A stretch of DNA of 64,000 nt from the human T2T-CHM13v2.0 reference genome, Homo sapiens (GCF_009914755.1 NC_060928.1); one strand, 5' to 3'; positions 16,093 through 30,746 are shown, numbered from the stretch's first letter. The notes: a model not told the origin generated them from the sequence alone. Program-made: numbers and translations.

Positions 16093-16160
16093 TCTCTCTC
16101 TCTTTCTCTGTCTCTCTCTCACAAATATGCATGCACACACACGCGCGCACACACACACAC
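16093..16160. repeat. Compound (CT)n/(CA)n/(CG)n microsatellite
   Basis: Read directly. Confidence 0.85.
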
Positions 16161-17274
16161 GCCTTTTACATTGTCTTAAACTGATACTGAAACCTTAAAT
16201 AGTAACCCCCCCACACCACCTGTTCCCATGTCAACCAGAAACTCTGTGGTGATAAAAGTAAAGATGGCTTTTTACACTTATTCATTTCTCTGCTTATAAA
16301 TAAAATGCTATGTGGACTAGGTATTTTTGTAATGTTGCCAGCTGTTCTTTAGGACTGAATTGAGGTCACTTCATTCTCCATAAGATATCAAAAACACAAA
16401 TAGCTATAAATTTTCATCATTATGAATATAAAACATAGTTTTCAATGATGAAAGCTGATACAGTTTAAAACAAAACACTGGTTGTTCCTTATTCATACAA
16501 TTCTAAAAATACTTTTACAAATTAAAAATAAAGTCCTGAATTATTTTACCATAGTATATATGTACACATTTTTACATTTATTATATCATAAAATGAACAT
16601 TTTCCTGTGAACTTTGGGCTAAAATATATATATTTTGGTTCTTGATTTTATATGCCAGCTAGGTTCTTAGGATTACTGGTTTGTACTTTTAAGAATAACA
16701 TGTGAAAAAATAACAGTGAATTTAGTCTGACCTAAGCAGGAAACAACATTTTGTTTCAGATACCTTATTTTCAGCTTATTAACCCATATTTTTTGTTTTG
16801 CACATATCTCTCTGCAGCTCCACTTGCCTTTAAAGTGTATTAGAAAAATGGGATTTATAAAGTGTATGAGAGAGAATAAAATTGTATGTTAAATGCTAAT
16901 TTTTAACTTCAATACATGCATGTCTACCACAAGCTTTAGAGCCTGAATAACATTTAACTAAACATAAGTGTAGCCAAGCATTTCAAAAATTATAACTGTA
17001 GCTATTATAGAAAAGTTCTGGAAAATAACCCAGATAAATGTACCCATTAACGTATATTATTCAAAAATGTTCTTTAATCCTAAGAAAGTATAGATCATTT
17101 TGTTAAAGTGAGAAGCAAAATCAGAGTTAAAGAAAATATTTTCTATAACTTTACCCTAACCATCACTTTATGAAGTATAGTGTTAATTTCACTAGACTGG
17201 GGGAAGTACAAAATAACACCATCTTTTAAGTAGTATTACCTCTTTTCTTTGTTTACTGAGGGTTGCTCTCAACT

Positions 17275-17420
17275 TACTCAGAACACATTAGTTATGCCAC
17301 TGTGTGTTGAGGCTAGAGAGAAAAAAAGACAAACAAGATCTCTGCCTTCAAGGAATTCACATTTCAGGGATAGAAATAAACTCATAAACCAGTTATGATG
17401 TAGAAGGTGATAAGACACCT
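17275..17420 (-). mobile_element. L2 fragment
   Basis: 'acaagatctctgccttcaaggaattcacattt' is a typical antisense L2 3' motif. Confidence 0.45.
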
Positions 17421-17754
17421 GTAAAGTGTTATTAGCAGCCACTATGTACAATTCACTCCGTGGACTTGACCTCCACACTACTTTTAAAGCAAACACCATT
17501 TAAAGGTACATTAAATTTTCCAGAATATTCAACTCCAATTAAGTTGGCTTAGTCTATGCTTTTCTTTATACTCATAGTTGTACACCAGCAAGCCACAGCT
17601 TTTTTAGAAGTATGTTGTAAGAAGTCAATGGTGACCCCAAAAAAAGCAAAGTCAAAACTGTTACAGTCCTAAGGGTTTAATGTATAATGTGTAACTTTAA
17701 CGTTCTGATGTGTGATTCTTAAAACAGTAAGAGAGATTGATAATAGCTGATAAC

Positions 17755-18003
17755 AATATTAGCTACAGTTCATTGAGTCTTTATCCTGTGTTTGCACTAT
17801 GCTAGTCCTTTTACCTGTTTTTTCTCACTTATTCCTTAAAGCACTGCTATGGAAATAGATACAACTGGGACTCATATTTAGAAACGATCCTAGGCTAAAA
17901 GAAATCAAGTAACAAGCCTCCAAATTTACAGTAATCCTGAGGAGCAGGATTCAAACCGAGGCTTCTCTTTCTGAGCTCAGAGATTTGTTCACACAGTCCA
18001 CTA
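17755..18003 (-). mobile_element. MIR
   Basis: 'agctacagttcattgagtc...gcactatgctag...ggagcaggattcaaacc' resembles antisense MIR. Confidence 0.6.
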
Positions 18004-18153
18004 AATGGATATCTTTTTCTAAATGTGCCAAATGTTATTCCTAGGCATGCTGTCTTTTTCAAGTTTGATAATTCACAGTCACTGGGAGGGGGAAAAGTGT
18101 TGCCTGTGCTCTTTAGAGTCAAAAGTTGCCTTTCAGGAAGAATATGCTTTTCA

Positions 18154-18605
18154 TCTACATGAGTTTGCCAGGACTACCTTAATAAACTGTCAGGAACTTG
18201 GTACCGTGAAGAGCAGAAATTTATTGTCTCAACATTCTGGTGGCTACAAATCCAAGATTGATGTGTCAGCAGGATTGTTTCCTCTTGAGGGCTGTGAGGG
18301 ACAATCTGCTCTGTACCTGTCTCCTGGCTTCGGGTGATTTGATGGCAATCTTTGGTTTTCCTTGGCTTGTAAATTCCTGCCTTCATCTTCACATAGCATT
18401 CTTCCTCTATGCATATCAGTGTCCAAATTTCCCTTTATAATAAGGGCGCAGTCATATTGGATTGGGGCCCACCCTCCTGTATTATAGCCTCATTTTTACT
18501 GACTACACCTGTAATTACCCTGTTTCCAAATAACATCACATTCTTAGGTACTGGGGGCTACAATTCAGTGAGTCAATTCGGGGAGATGCAATTCAACCCA
18601 CAACA
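18154..18605 (-). mobile_element. MLT1C-like MaLR solo LTR
   Basis: 'cagaaatttattgtctc...gagggctgtgaggg...gtcatattggattggggccc...caattcaacccacaaca'. Confidence 0.85.
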
Positions 18606-18965
18606 CATACAAAGTAAAGTAAGTGCTTACCCCCCAAAATAAATCTACTATAAACAGTTCAGCTTCAAATTTAGCACCACTATTCATCCTGAACGTTTTC
18701 TCTGTTTGATTCAAGGGGCCATAGATTTCAAACTCAAAAACATAAAGGTGAACAGAGACAGGCAGGAAGCAGTGCAGTGTAACTGTAAAACATAGATTAT
18801 CTGAGTACCGTGAACTGAGGTCAAGCAGGAAAATGCATGTCCCATCCCACTCAGCTCTAACAAATTGATGCCATACAGAGAATTCTTCAGGGCCATGTGG
18901 AAATCTAGATTTGTATGTGTAATAACCCATTACTAAATATGCAAATATGCATTCATACTAAACCT

Positions 18966-19006
18966 GCACATGCGCGCTTGTGCGCGCGCACACACACAGA
19001 CACACA
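18966..19006. repeat. Alternating purine-pyrimidine (GC)n/(CA)n tract
   Basis: gcacatgcgcgcttgtgcgcgcgcacacacacagacacaca. Confidence 0.75.
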
Positions 19007-20521
19007 TTGTATGAGCCACTACTTCAATCAGCAGAATCTCGCCAAAGTTTAATGCCAGTGGCCCTGTGCCCATCTTCAGTCTGAGGTTTTCTTCAGCCGG
19101 CAGTCCACCATGCACCATTGTTACCAGAGATCTATTCTTCTTTGTAAGCTCTTTCTTAACAATCTTACAGCTTCAATATTATCTCCAAAAAAATAACTAT
19201 TACATCTTCCGCTTTTATGCTGGCTTGTGTCCTGTGCTTCAGTCCTGCATTTCCCAACCACAGGCTAGTTGTAATTTCAAACTCAGTTTACTCCAAATGA
19301 ACTAATTATCGTCCATACTCCTCAGCATTTCCTGTGTCTATTTAGGCACATCATCACGCTCCACATCACCCAGGTTGGAAAATTACGAGAATTCTTTGAC
19401 TCCCCTCTTGTAGCTTCTGTGTCTAACAACTTGATGAATTTTCTCCAGGGCCCTTTTAAAGGGTCAGAGAGTTAAATAATGTTCCCACAGGTAATCTTTT
19501 ATGTGATTGGGAGTGTAAATTTGTCCTGCTCCTCTAAGCAGCCAGCAACCTGGAGAGGAAATTAATTTGCCAACCGATCTTCACACAGTGTTTTCTCAAT
19601 ATGTGTACACAACTGCAGTGGGCAATAGGGTAGAACTCTGCAAGCCAATAACATATGCTGTAGTGTGCAAGAAACCAGTGATTTAAATGTTCAGTCTCAA
19701 CTTTAAACCCTTTAAAATACTTCCCAAAAAGTTGTCTAAAAATAGCATGGACATGCACAGAAGTACCAGCCAACCAATAAACAAACAAAACTAAAGTGCA
19801 CACACAGAGAAATAGAAAATATTTTGACCAAAAATATATATATCTTAAAAAAATATATATCTAAAACACTGCTTCTGCCTCCTCCAGTGGAAATTGAGTG
19901 CTAAGGGATTTTATTCATGCATATAATTTATTTGAATAAAAATTGGTTCCTTTCCAAATCCTCTAAATATTGAATAAATACTCAGTGTTATTTCAATAGG
20001 AATAAAATTATTCACATTTCAGGCCACTGACAATTCTTCTTTTAATAATTCTGCACCATTTCCTCAGCACAGCTCTCATCACGTTTATCATTTGTTCTTA
20101 GCTGAAATAGTCACACTACTCTTTACACTGTCAATGTGAGCATTTTTTGGTGTTCTTTAGGCCACTTTTTTAATATAGAAAAAATATACAAAAATTAGCT
20201 TGTATTTTAAATTAATATTTAACTCATTAAAATGACAAACAATTCAAGAATAAAGTTCCTCTGGAAGTTTTAAATCCAACTTGTAAATATTATTTCATTT
20301 TATAGGGATTTTTAACCTTTGATCAATTAAATGCCCTAAGTTATTTCAACATGCATTTATGAAATCAACCTAGTCCATTTTCTTACAATTACAATATTGC
20401 AATTGTCTGTCATAATTAACAAAACATTTCCACACACTTAAAAATGTCTTATAAATCTACTAATTAAATTTATAAATATGTTATTTTTAAGCCCTCTTAA
20501 ATGTGTTGATGTTAGTTGTAA

Positions 20522-20848
<327 letters not shown>

Positions 20849-22008
20849 TAAGGTTATTTTTAACTTAAATAAAAAACCTAAATGAATTATTAAATTGCAA
20901 GTTTTAAGTGGATAAATGACATCCTAATGTGCATCACAAGCATTTATGATATCTAAAATACAAAAATTATTTCTAAACCTAACACAAAAATGTAAATATC
21001 AGAGTGTTACTTTCTGTATTGCTATACCTAATTCCCAATCTTTCCAGGGTTAAAAGTATTTGACTATTAAGGAAAAAGTGTCTACCCACACTGGGGTTGC
21101 CTGTTCATAATCCAGAAATTGCAGCCTGCTGAAAAATGTGTATTTTAGACACTCAAGCTATTCTCGTGACTTCGTAGGATAAACTTATGCTGTTCTAAAA
21201 CATATTCTTAAATTAACTATTCTTGTAGCATTTTTTTCATATAAATGTGATTAACAACAAAATTACTATTTCAAATGGCAAATTTGGTCCAAAGAATATA
21301 TTGAAAACAGGGAATAAAAAACTTTGATATTTCCTGAGGACTAGGAGGCTTGGGAGGGTTTTGGGGACAGGAAAATGAAGTGACACCTGGCTACTCTCCA
21401 GAAAAGAGAAACGGGGGCCCTGTGGGTCTGCGAGGAGGAAAGTCCTTGAACGTCCCTATAGAAAGCCCACATCTAGTCAATGGTAGTAAGCAAACACTGA
21501 AGGTAAAATATTTGTAAAAGAGAGTCATTGTTTTAACAGAATTTCTTAAAAATGATTTCAGGACAAAACTTACTAAAGTGTATTTTATTTTATTCAATTA
21601 AAAATTTTAAAGTTCAGAGATATAATTGTGTCAGAATGGGAAGATTAAAATGCCTTTGCTTTATACTTCCATGCTTGTAAAATTCTAAGTGTGTTTGATT
21701 TAAAAATGTAGAAATTTTAAGATATCTTTCTTTAAAGATATTTGTAAAAGTAAGTAAAGATTATCTTTAAAAGCATTCAAATGTTTTAAAATTTAAAATA
21801 TTTTGCTAGAATAAATAACCAAGAAATAGTGTGTGGCTAGAAGACTTATGCATTCAGTCTTTAAATTTTTGTTAAGATCCAGTGCTTACCATGTTTTCCA
21901 CTCCAAAAAAAAAAGACTGCAAAGTATAAAATCCGGATCATTTTAAATTTTTAATCAGGTAGGTTTCTTTTCAAAAAAATAAAATAAAATTAGGAAAAAA
22001 CAAAGTAA

Positions 22009-22285
22009 TTTTAGGAGACCAAGGTGGGAGGGTTTCTTGAGGCCAGAAGTTCAAGACCAGAATGGGCAGTATAGCAAGACCCTATCCTTACGCAAAAATC
22101 TTTTTAAATTGGCAGTCATAGGGGGATATGCCTGTAGTCTCAGCTACTTGGGAGGTTGAGGCAGGAGGATCCCTTGATCCAAGGAGTTTGAGGCTGTAGT
22201 GAGGTATGATATCACCACTGCACTCCAGCCTCGATGACAGAACAAAACCTCACCTCTTAAAAAAATTGTATAAAATAAGAAAAAA
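22009..22285 (+). mobile_element. AluJ, 5'-truncated and diverged
   Basis: 'gaggccagaagttcaagacc...ggagtttgaggctgtagtgaggtatgat'. Confidence 0.85.
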
Positions 22286-22470
22286 GTGGATGAACATTTC
22301 ACCATCTTAATTTTCAAAGATTTTGAAGTCAGTGAAAAATTCTCATTTTAAGTGTCTTTAAATTAATTTAATAATGAAGTGGAAAATACAGAGTAGAAAC
22401 AATTTGATTTAAACAGATACAATTTTATAAAAATAAAATTTTAATAAAAATAAAATTAAAACAAAACCCA

Positions 22471-23245
22471 TCGGTGAGAGTGTAAATTAGTATAGCCATT
22501 CTAGAAAACAGTAGGGAGATTCCTCAAAAAACTAAAAGTAGAACTACCATATCATCCAGCAGCAATCTCACTCTAGGATATATGTTCTAAAGAAAAGAGG
22601 TCAATATAGAGAACAGATATTTGCATTCCCATGTTCATTACAGGATGATTCACAATAGCCAAAATATGGTATCAGTCTAAGTGTTCATCAATGGATGAAT
22701 AGATAAAAAAAATGTGGTATATATACACAATGGAATATTATTAAGCCATAAAAAGAATAAAATTCTGTCATTTACAACAATACGGATGGGACTGGAGGTC
22801 ATTATGTTAAATGAATTAAGCCAGGAACGGAAAAACAAATATTGCGTGTTCTCACTCATAGGTAGGAGTTTAAAAAGTGGATCTTGTGGAGCTAGAGAGT
22901 AGAACGGTGGTTACAAGAGGCTGGGAAGGGAAACAGAGAGGGAGGGATGAAGAGAAGTTGGTTAAGGGGTACAAAAATACATTTAGATAGAAGGAATAAG
23001 TTTAAATATTCTATAGCACAGTAGGGAAATTATAGTTAATAATTTGTTATGTATATCAAAACAGCCAGAAAGGAAGATTTGTAGTTTTCCCAACACAGGA
23101 AAAAAATAAGTGTTTGATGTGACAAATATCCCACTTACCCTGATTTGATCATTGCACATTGTATATAGGCATCAGCATATTACATGTACCCCAAATATAT
23201 GTACAACTATTATATATAAATACAAATAAATAAGTAAATAAAAAA
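22471..23245 (+). mobile_element. L1MA-type 3' end (ORF2 tail and 3'UTR)
   Basis: 'gtaaattagtatagcc...gaactaccat...agataaaaaaaatgtggtatatatacacaatggaatatt', L1MA 3'UTR and A-rich tail. Confidence 0.9.
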
Positions 23246-23572
23246 GCTATGTACTCTATCAGCCCTGAAATTAGGAAATGGTTTTAACTGTATCACATTA
23301 GATGAATTCAGTCGTTTGTGCAATAGCTCATTGTAGAAGCAAGCAAATATAATTATTGCTTATTTTGCCAATTAAATAATTTGGAAGTCCTCAATTAAAA
23401 TACAAAATGTCAGAAATTTTATTATATTTCACCAACTCATACTATTTTAAATATTTTAGATTCTATCAGAAAGAGTACATTTGAAAATTAAATTATGGGC
23501 TGGGGAAAAGTGTCAATTTTGCCTAAAGAAAACTAGCAATGTTAATGGTGATTTAAAAAAAAAAATTTTAAT

Positions 23573-23869
23573 TATACTCTACAGTATTGTTAATTACAGT
23601 CACCATGCTATACATCAGATGTCCAGAACTTGAAATTTGCTAAGACAGTAAATCGTAAGTGTTTTCACCAGAAAACCAAAGAAAAAGAAAAAGAAAGAAA
23701 ATGGTAGCTATGTGAGATAATGAATATGTTAATTAACTTGATTACAGTGATGATTTCACAATGTGTACATATCTCAAAATATCAAGTTATATACCTTATA
23801 TAAGTACAATTTTTATTTGTAAATTATATCTCAGTAAAGCTGAAAAAAATAAATAAAATTAAAAAAAAA
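23573..23869 (+). mobile_element. L1MA9/L1MB-type 3' end with inverted 5' segment
   Basis: 23628-23869 is sense 3'UTR plus tail. 23573-23631 is the reverse complement of the immediately upstream consensus segment. Confidence 0.75.
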
Positions 23870-23976
23870 TGACCTTGAGAAAATTCACACAGAAAGGGAT
23901 TTATTGCAAGGATAATGTAAACAGAGTGAAAAAAATTTCTCACCTGGAAAATAACAGAGGCAAAAGGATCTGTTTA

Positions 23977-24301
23977 CAGTCATGTGTTGCTTGATGAAGA
24001 AGATATCTTGTGAGAAATGTGCCCTTAGCCGATTTTATCTTTGTGCAAACATCATAAGGTACACTTACACAAATCTAGATGGTGTAGCCTACTGTGCACC
24101 TCCATTGTAGGGTGCAGCCTACTACTCTGAGGCCACAAACCTATGCAGCATGTTACTGTGGGCAGTTGTAACACAACGATAAATGTGTGTGTATCTAAAC
24201 ATAGAAAGGTACAGTAAAAATACAGCGTTATAATCTTATGGGATCACCTTCGTATACGTGGCCAATAGTTGACTGAAACGTTGCTACGTGGCGTGTGGCT
24301 G
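23977..24301 (+). mobile_element. Tigger3a/MER7-like TcMar MITE
   Basis: Termini cagtcatg... / ...gtggctg, TA duplicated on both sides, internal 'acttacacaaatctagatggtgtagcctac'. Confidence 0.85.
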
Positions 24302-25403
24302 TATTCACAATTTTTACAACTGAACCTCATCCTACACATAGTGAAAAGCACCAAGAAATAGTTTAGGATCGTCTCAAATTTAAGAGTATTTCATGGTTCA
24401 AGACCCAGGCAAATCTGTAACAACTGGAATGAGACAAACATCACTCCTTTTTTGTATGATCTCAGAGAATTCCACGTGTATTTATTGCTAGTTGAGGCTG
24501 AAGAGATAAACCAGATAGCGTGTCCTTCCTTGCCTTACTTTGTTTTTAAAAAGCCTTGGGTAAGCCTAACAGTAATAGTGTTTGGTGAAACACATACCAT
24601 ATTAATTTCAATAATTTCCTTCTAAGTCTTTAAGTAAGGGCAGTAAAAATTATAATAGTAATACCTGTAAAATGAAAACTCCCACAGCTAATGGTTTTAA
24701 CCTCGGAGAAAACTATGGTCAATGAAACTCAGTAAGCCTGATTGTGGTATATTGTTTTAAAATAGGCACATGGATTCATATTACTCAACATTTGAGTATG
24801 GCAGTTACTAAAATACTAACAGTAATGGTTACGTAGTTAAAATATATTCATATGCCACTTTAAACTTATGATATATTATTTATATACATTTATAAAAATG
24901 TAGAATATATAATTAACATACATTTTTAAACTTTAAATCAATTATGACCAGTTTCATTCTTTCCAGAGAAAATTCTACACAGCTTATCCTATAAATGCTC
25001 AGCAGCTGTCTTCCACAATATTCTCAAATGCCCTAACAGAAGAGACTTCCTGGAACCAGGCAACAACAGGAAAAAAAATTAAATTGTCTTAAATACTACT
25101 AGTCCTTTTCTTGATTCAAAGTTTTAATATTGAGATAGAGCCAGAAGTTATATGGATAACAGTCATTTGTTAGGACCTAAGCATTATTTATCTAGTTGAA
25201 AATAAGAGTAGTGCAACAATAAAGGAGACTGGGAATTCACAGAGTTGTTAAGTGTTTGGAAAGTAAGAAAGGACAATACAAGGGGTATTGTCAATCACCC
25301 TGGTGGGTGGAGCATTAATGTCTTAACTCACCTTAATCTCTGCCTGAAAGGCTTAGGAGTTTGCACCATTTCAAAATTGTACCACTTCTAGGTTTTCAGA
25401 CAC

Positions 25404-25435
25404 TGTGTGTGTGTGTCTGTGTGTGTGTGTGGTGT
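25404..25435. repeat. (TG)n microsatellite, interrupted
   Basis: Read directly. Confidence 0.85.
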
Positions 25436-26583
25436 ATTTGTTACATGTTCATTAAGCAGCTTTTAAATCAAATTTAAATAGAAGTACAAGAAAAAATACA
25501 TTGTAGAAAGCTTAAAAGCCTCTATAGATAAAATGTTCACTAGAAATGGAGGGTTAATACCAAAATGGACAAAATGAATTAAATGTACCAAGCATGTACA
25601 CATATATATACATACACACATGCACAGAGCTGAAGTATCACTCCCAAAATGGATCCACCCATGTTTATGAATGGTCCACATGGGGACTATTTCAGGAGAA
25701 AGTCGTAAGCATAGCAGCCCAGCTCCAAGCTGACAGCAGCTTGAATCCTGTATCATGTTTATGAACACCTACAACTTATATCACTTTCATTTGAAACATG
25801 TTTAGAATTTTGGTAATTTAACAAGTCCTACAAGAAAATTTTACATTCTGCTTCAAGTACCTTATATAATCAGAGTACATTTTAATTTTCCTATGTCATT
25901 GGACAGCCCAATGCAGCCCAGTAAGACCCCAAAGTTTTGCTGCAGGAAGTTATGTATCTTATATTTGAAAACAAACTCAGGACTGATTTTCACTGAGCAG
26001 TTCAGATATTACAATGCCAAGTATTCTTTGTGGTAAAAATTGTTAATAATCTTTGTAGAATTCTCTTAAGTTTTCTATTTGAAATAAATATTTGAAAAAA
26101 CCACTCATCAACTGTACCAGTAGCATTTTTAATATGTTATTTGTTTCCAATTTCGCAAACAGGTCATGTGTTTAGAAGCCATATGTATTAAGGTATAAGG
26201 AAAGCTCTTAGCTGTATTATGAGAAAAATAAAATGGAATCAAGTTAGATATATACTTACTCCAGGAGAATTATATAAGATAGACAATTCAAAACATGAAT
26301 TATAAGGCAAGCTTTCTTTATTTCTGTGGCTACAGGTAATTAAAATTGCACCACAAAGAGAGGGGAAAATGCTTATTTTCTCTCTCAATCCTAAATCTGT
26401 TTTATATTTATACTTTCACTGATATAATTATTCTTTAGCACTTGAAATTACTTTTTCTATTTTAAAGAATTCTACTCACATTTACTGAATAGTAACACAT
26501 TTAAGAAAGAAAATGTCCTTATCAACTTGTTGAAATTATCAAATTTTTCTTTGTAAACAGACTATGAAAAATTGTCATTCATA

Positions 26584-26616
26584 ATCGCTTCTCGGCCTTT
26601 TGGCTAAGATCAAGTG
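26584..26616 (+). pseudogene. 3'-truncated U2 snRNA retropseudogene (U2 nt 1-33)
   Basis: atcgcttctcggccttttggctaagatcaagtg is identical to the U2 5' end. Flanked by a 15-bp direct repeat aaaatt(g/a)tcattcat (26568-26582 / 26618-26632). No A-tail. Confidence 0.95.
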
Positions 26617-26841
26617 GAAAATTATCATTCATCTTCTAAGAAAAAACAGGATAATTGCATTGTAGACAACCCACAGAAAATGTCCTCCATGTAATGCTTA
26701 AATATAATATTAAAAAACAAAATGGAATCCCCTAAGTAATCTCGTCTATTAAAAAGTAAGAACACTTCTGAAAAGGAATTCATTTTTAGATACCAGGATT
26801 TGATAGGAGCAAAATGAAAGTAAATTTTATTTTCTGTTTAT

Positions 26842-27119
26842 TCTTTTTTCTTAATAAATTTTATTTAAGATATATGACATGATGTCATGAAATACAAATA
26901 TATGGTAAAAAGGTTACTATAGTAACTCAAATTAACACATCCATCATCTCACATTGTTATCCATTTTTCATTTGTTTTCAGGGCAAAAGCAGCTGAAATC
27001 TATTCATTTCATATGAATCCCAAATACAGTACAATTTTATTTCCTATAGTCCCCATGTGTACATTAGATCTTTAGACTTGATCATCCTATATTTCTGCTA
27101 TTTTGATCCTCTGACCTAT
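26842..27119 (-). mobile_element. L1MA/L1MB-type 3'UTR fragment
   Basis: 'aattaacacatccatcatctcaca...cctatagtccccatgtgtacattagatc'. Confidence 0.75.
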
Positions 27120-27128
27120 TAATTCAGG

Positions 27129-27319
27129 GGCACATGCAGCCCAGGACGGCTTTGAATGCAGCCCAACACCAATTCATAAACTTTCTTAAAATATTATGAG
27201 TTTTTTGTGATTTTTTAACTCATCAGCTGTGGTTAGTGTTAGTGTATTTTACGTGTGGCCCAAGACAATTCTTATTCTTCTAATGTGGCCTAGGGAAGCA
27301 AAAAGATTGGACATCCCTG
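27129..27319 (-). mobile_element. MER30 hAT MITE, one end truncated
   Basis: Reverse complement reads cagggatgtccaatctttttgcttccctaggccacatt...gggctgcattcaaagccgtcctgggc. Confidence 0.88.
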
Positions 27320-27354
27320 TCATTGTTTGTAGCCAAAGAGCAATAGGATATACA

Positions 27355-27864
27355 AACACATCAGGCTTTTCTAATCACAATAAATGTCACAAAGGTTTTT
27401 CATTTGTGACTACAGTAAAGGACCACATTAGTGTTAAAATGTGTTTTCACTGGTGAAATTAAAGCTATACAAAATATACACACTCACTGTTTTGAGAACA
27501 GTGCATAAAAATCCACCAAGATTTATAGACTTTAGACTTTATCCTTAGACAGGATGACCTGGCTCAGTGGATTTATAATCTGTGTGTCTCAGCCCATTTA
27601 TGCTCTTAACATTTACTAAAATCTCTGAAGAACATTTATTATAAAATTAAATGTAAGAAATCAATACAATATTTATTAGATAATTTTAAAATATTGATAA
27701 GTTTATTACCTGTTAAACACAAACATTTATTAAAAAATTATTCTTTACACAAAAAAAATCCTGAATGGAATTGTTTTATATTTTTGAAAAATCTCTTTAG
27801 TATCTGGATTAATAAAAGGCATCTGAATTATCTTATGTTTCTGCATTCAATCTGTTGAGATATG
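27355..27864 (-). repeat. Inverted duplicate of 4449-4983 (Charlie1 right end plus ~230 bp of non-transposon flank)
   Basis: Hand alignment to the reverse complement, e.g. aacacatcaggcttttctaatca, aaaggtttttcatttgtg, cccatttatgctcttaa, tttttgaaaaatctctttagtatctggattaataaaag. Confidence 0.92.
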
Positions 27865-27865
27865 G

Positions 27866-27919
27866 GGTGTGTGTGTGTGTGTGTGTGTTCTATTTCTCTG
27901 GAGAAACTTGAATAATACA
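27866..27919 (+). mobile_element. (TG)n plus MLT2-like LTR 3' terminus
   Basis: 'gtgtgtgttctatttctctggagaaacttgaataataca' resembles the end of MLT2. Confidence 0.5.
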
Positions 27920-28166
27920 GAAGCAAAATATTGCTGAACTTTTCACTATTGTAAAAAACTCTTATCAAACACAGCCTGGGAAATCCCAAATGTTATACGA
28001 AATTATCCACAAGGACATTGCATTCTGACAAAAATAAACAATATTCTAATATGGATCATCTCAGAGCCTCGGCTTTATTACCAAAGTAAATTTTTAAAAC
28101 TATATATAGAGAGATAACAAAATTTACATTATCAGAAGTAGACATTAAATTCTTCATGTATAATTT

Positions 28167-28470
28167 GGCCAGGTGCGGTGGCTCACACTTGTAATCCCAG
28201 TACTGTGGGAAGCCAAGGCAGTGGATCACCTGAGGTCAGGAGTTCAAGACCAGCCTGGCCAACATGGTGAAAACTCATCTCTACTAAAAATACCCAAATT
28301 AGCCAGGCATGGTGGGGGGCACCTGTAATCCCAGCTACTTGGGAGGTTGAGGCAGGAGAATAGCTTGTACCCAAGAGGAGGGGGTTACAGAGAGCCGAGA
28401 TCATACCACTGTACTCCAACTTGGGTGACAGAATGAGATTTCATCTCAAATGTAGATAAATAAATAAATA
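28167..28470 (+). mobile_element. AluSx-like, full length
   Basis: Alu dimer, (TAAA)n tail, TSD tcttca(tg/ca)tataattt. Confidence 0.95.
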
Positions 28471-29895
28471 CTCTTCACATATAATTTGTGTGTGAAATAT
28501 TAACTGCTAGTTTGTTATTTTTTTTTTATTTCAATTGGGACCAAACTTGGTGTAACTCAGAATCACCCAGTTTGGGGAAAAAAAAAATCCATATGCCCAA
28601 TTTTCACACCAATCTTACCAAACCAGAATATCCAGGACCTGAGGAATTTATTTTCTAAGCTCCCTCAGGTGATTCTGAAGATATTAAAGTTTGGAAGCCA
28701 CAACGATTGTGTACACTGTTGACTAAGATGGTACACCTGGGTATGTGTGCGTGGTGGGGGTGCATGTATGTGTGTATAAAGGGTATGAGGAAGAAATGTG
28801 TATTTTGGTTTTACTATTTTTTTCTTTAGAAAATAAGCATAACTTCCATTTTTCAGTAATATTTTGATTTATAGTGTTTTAAGAATTGGATGTCAACCAT
28901 CTTGGTGCTTTGAGACGTAGAAAATATTGGCCAATGTAGAAGGCTGCCTTTTATTTCAATTTGAGTTGGGCATACTCAGAATTTAAGACTAGGGCTTCCC
29001 TTTCACCATAAAATGTTTAAAAAGAGCAGTAAGACATTAAATAGATTCAGGCAGACAAAACAGGAACTGTAGATGTTATGTGAGTAGCAGAAAGGATATG
29101 GACCTCAAACACTGTTTCAGGATCCCCATGCAAAAGCACGTTTATGGCACATAATTAACATTACAGCACTACATTGCTTAGTGACACAATGATATTACCC
29201 AAAAGAATTTACTAAAACTCTGAGTCAGAAATTTAAGCCACAGATATGTGTTTGATAATGATACTTTGCTTTTGTGTAGGGGGTTGTTAAAACAGTGTAG
29301 GAATTATGCTATGCATTTTGGAGAAGTTAAGTTAATGTGAATTTTTGACTCAAAAAATTTTAAAGTTGGGGTTGAATAAGAAAGAAAAATATCTAAAAGA
29401 AGGAAGGAAATTCATGCTTTAATTTTATGTAAATTTGGTTAATCCATCAATTAAAGCAATCAATGATGTGCCAAGTACGTCTCTTATGAATCTGCAGGAT
29501 TCATAAGAGAAGCATAAAATAATATCTCTATCCTCATGGTAATGAGACTGGGGAGAATGATTTAAGTAGCAACAATAATAGGGTATGATTTTACATGCTA
29601 AATAATATAGTATCAACAATATCTAGGGGAGGGAAGAATTTAGAAAGTAGAGAAAGTTGTCTTTGAAATTACTAGTGTAGAATTTATTTTTAAAATGACA
29701 CTAATTCATTTTAACGTAATGCAACACAAAATTATAGCCTGTTCAAATCATCCACAGACTTGTTCAAGAATAGGTAAAGGGTTAAAGGATTCTCTTTCCA
29801 CTATTCAAAGAATGTAGTTCTCAATTTATTACTGAAAACATTTCCCAATTTATTTTGTCTGACTGTTAGTAGACTATCTGAACGTAGTGTGCATC

Positions 29896-30746
<851 letters not shown>

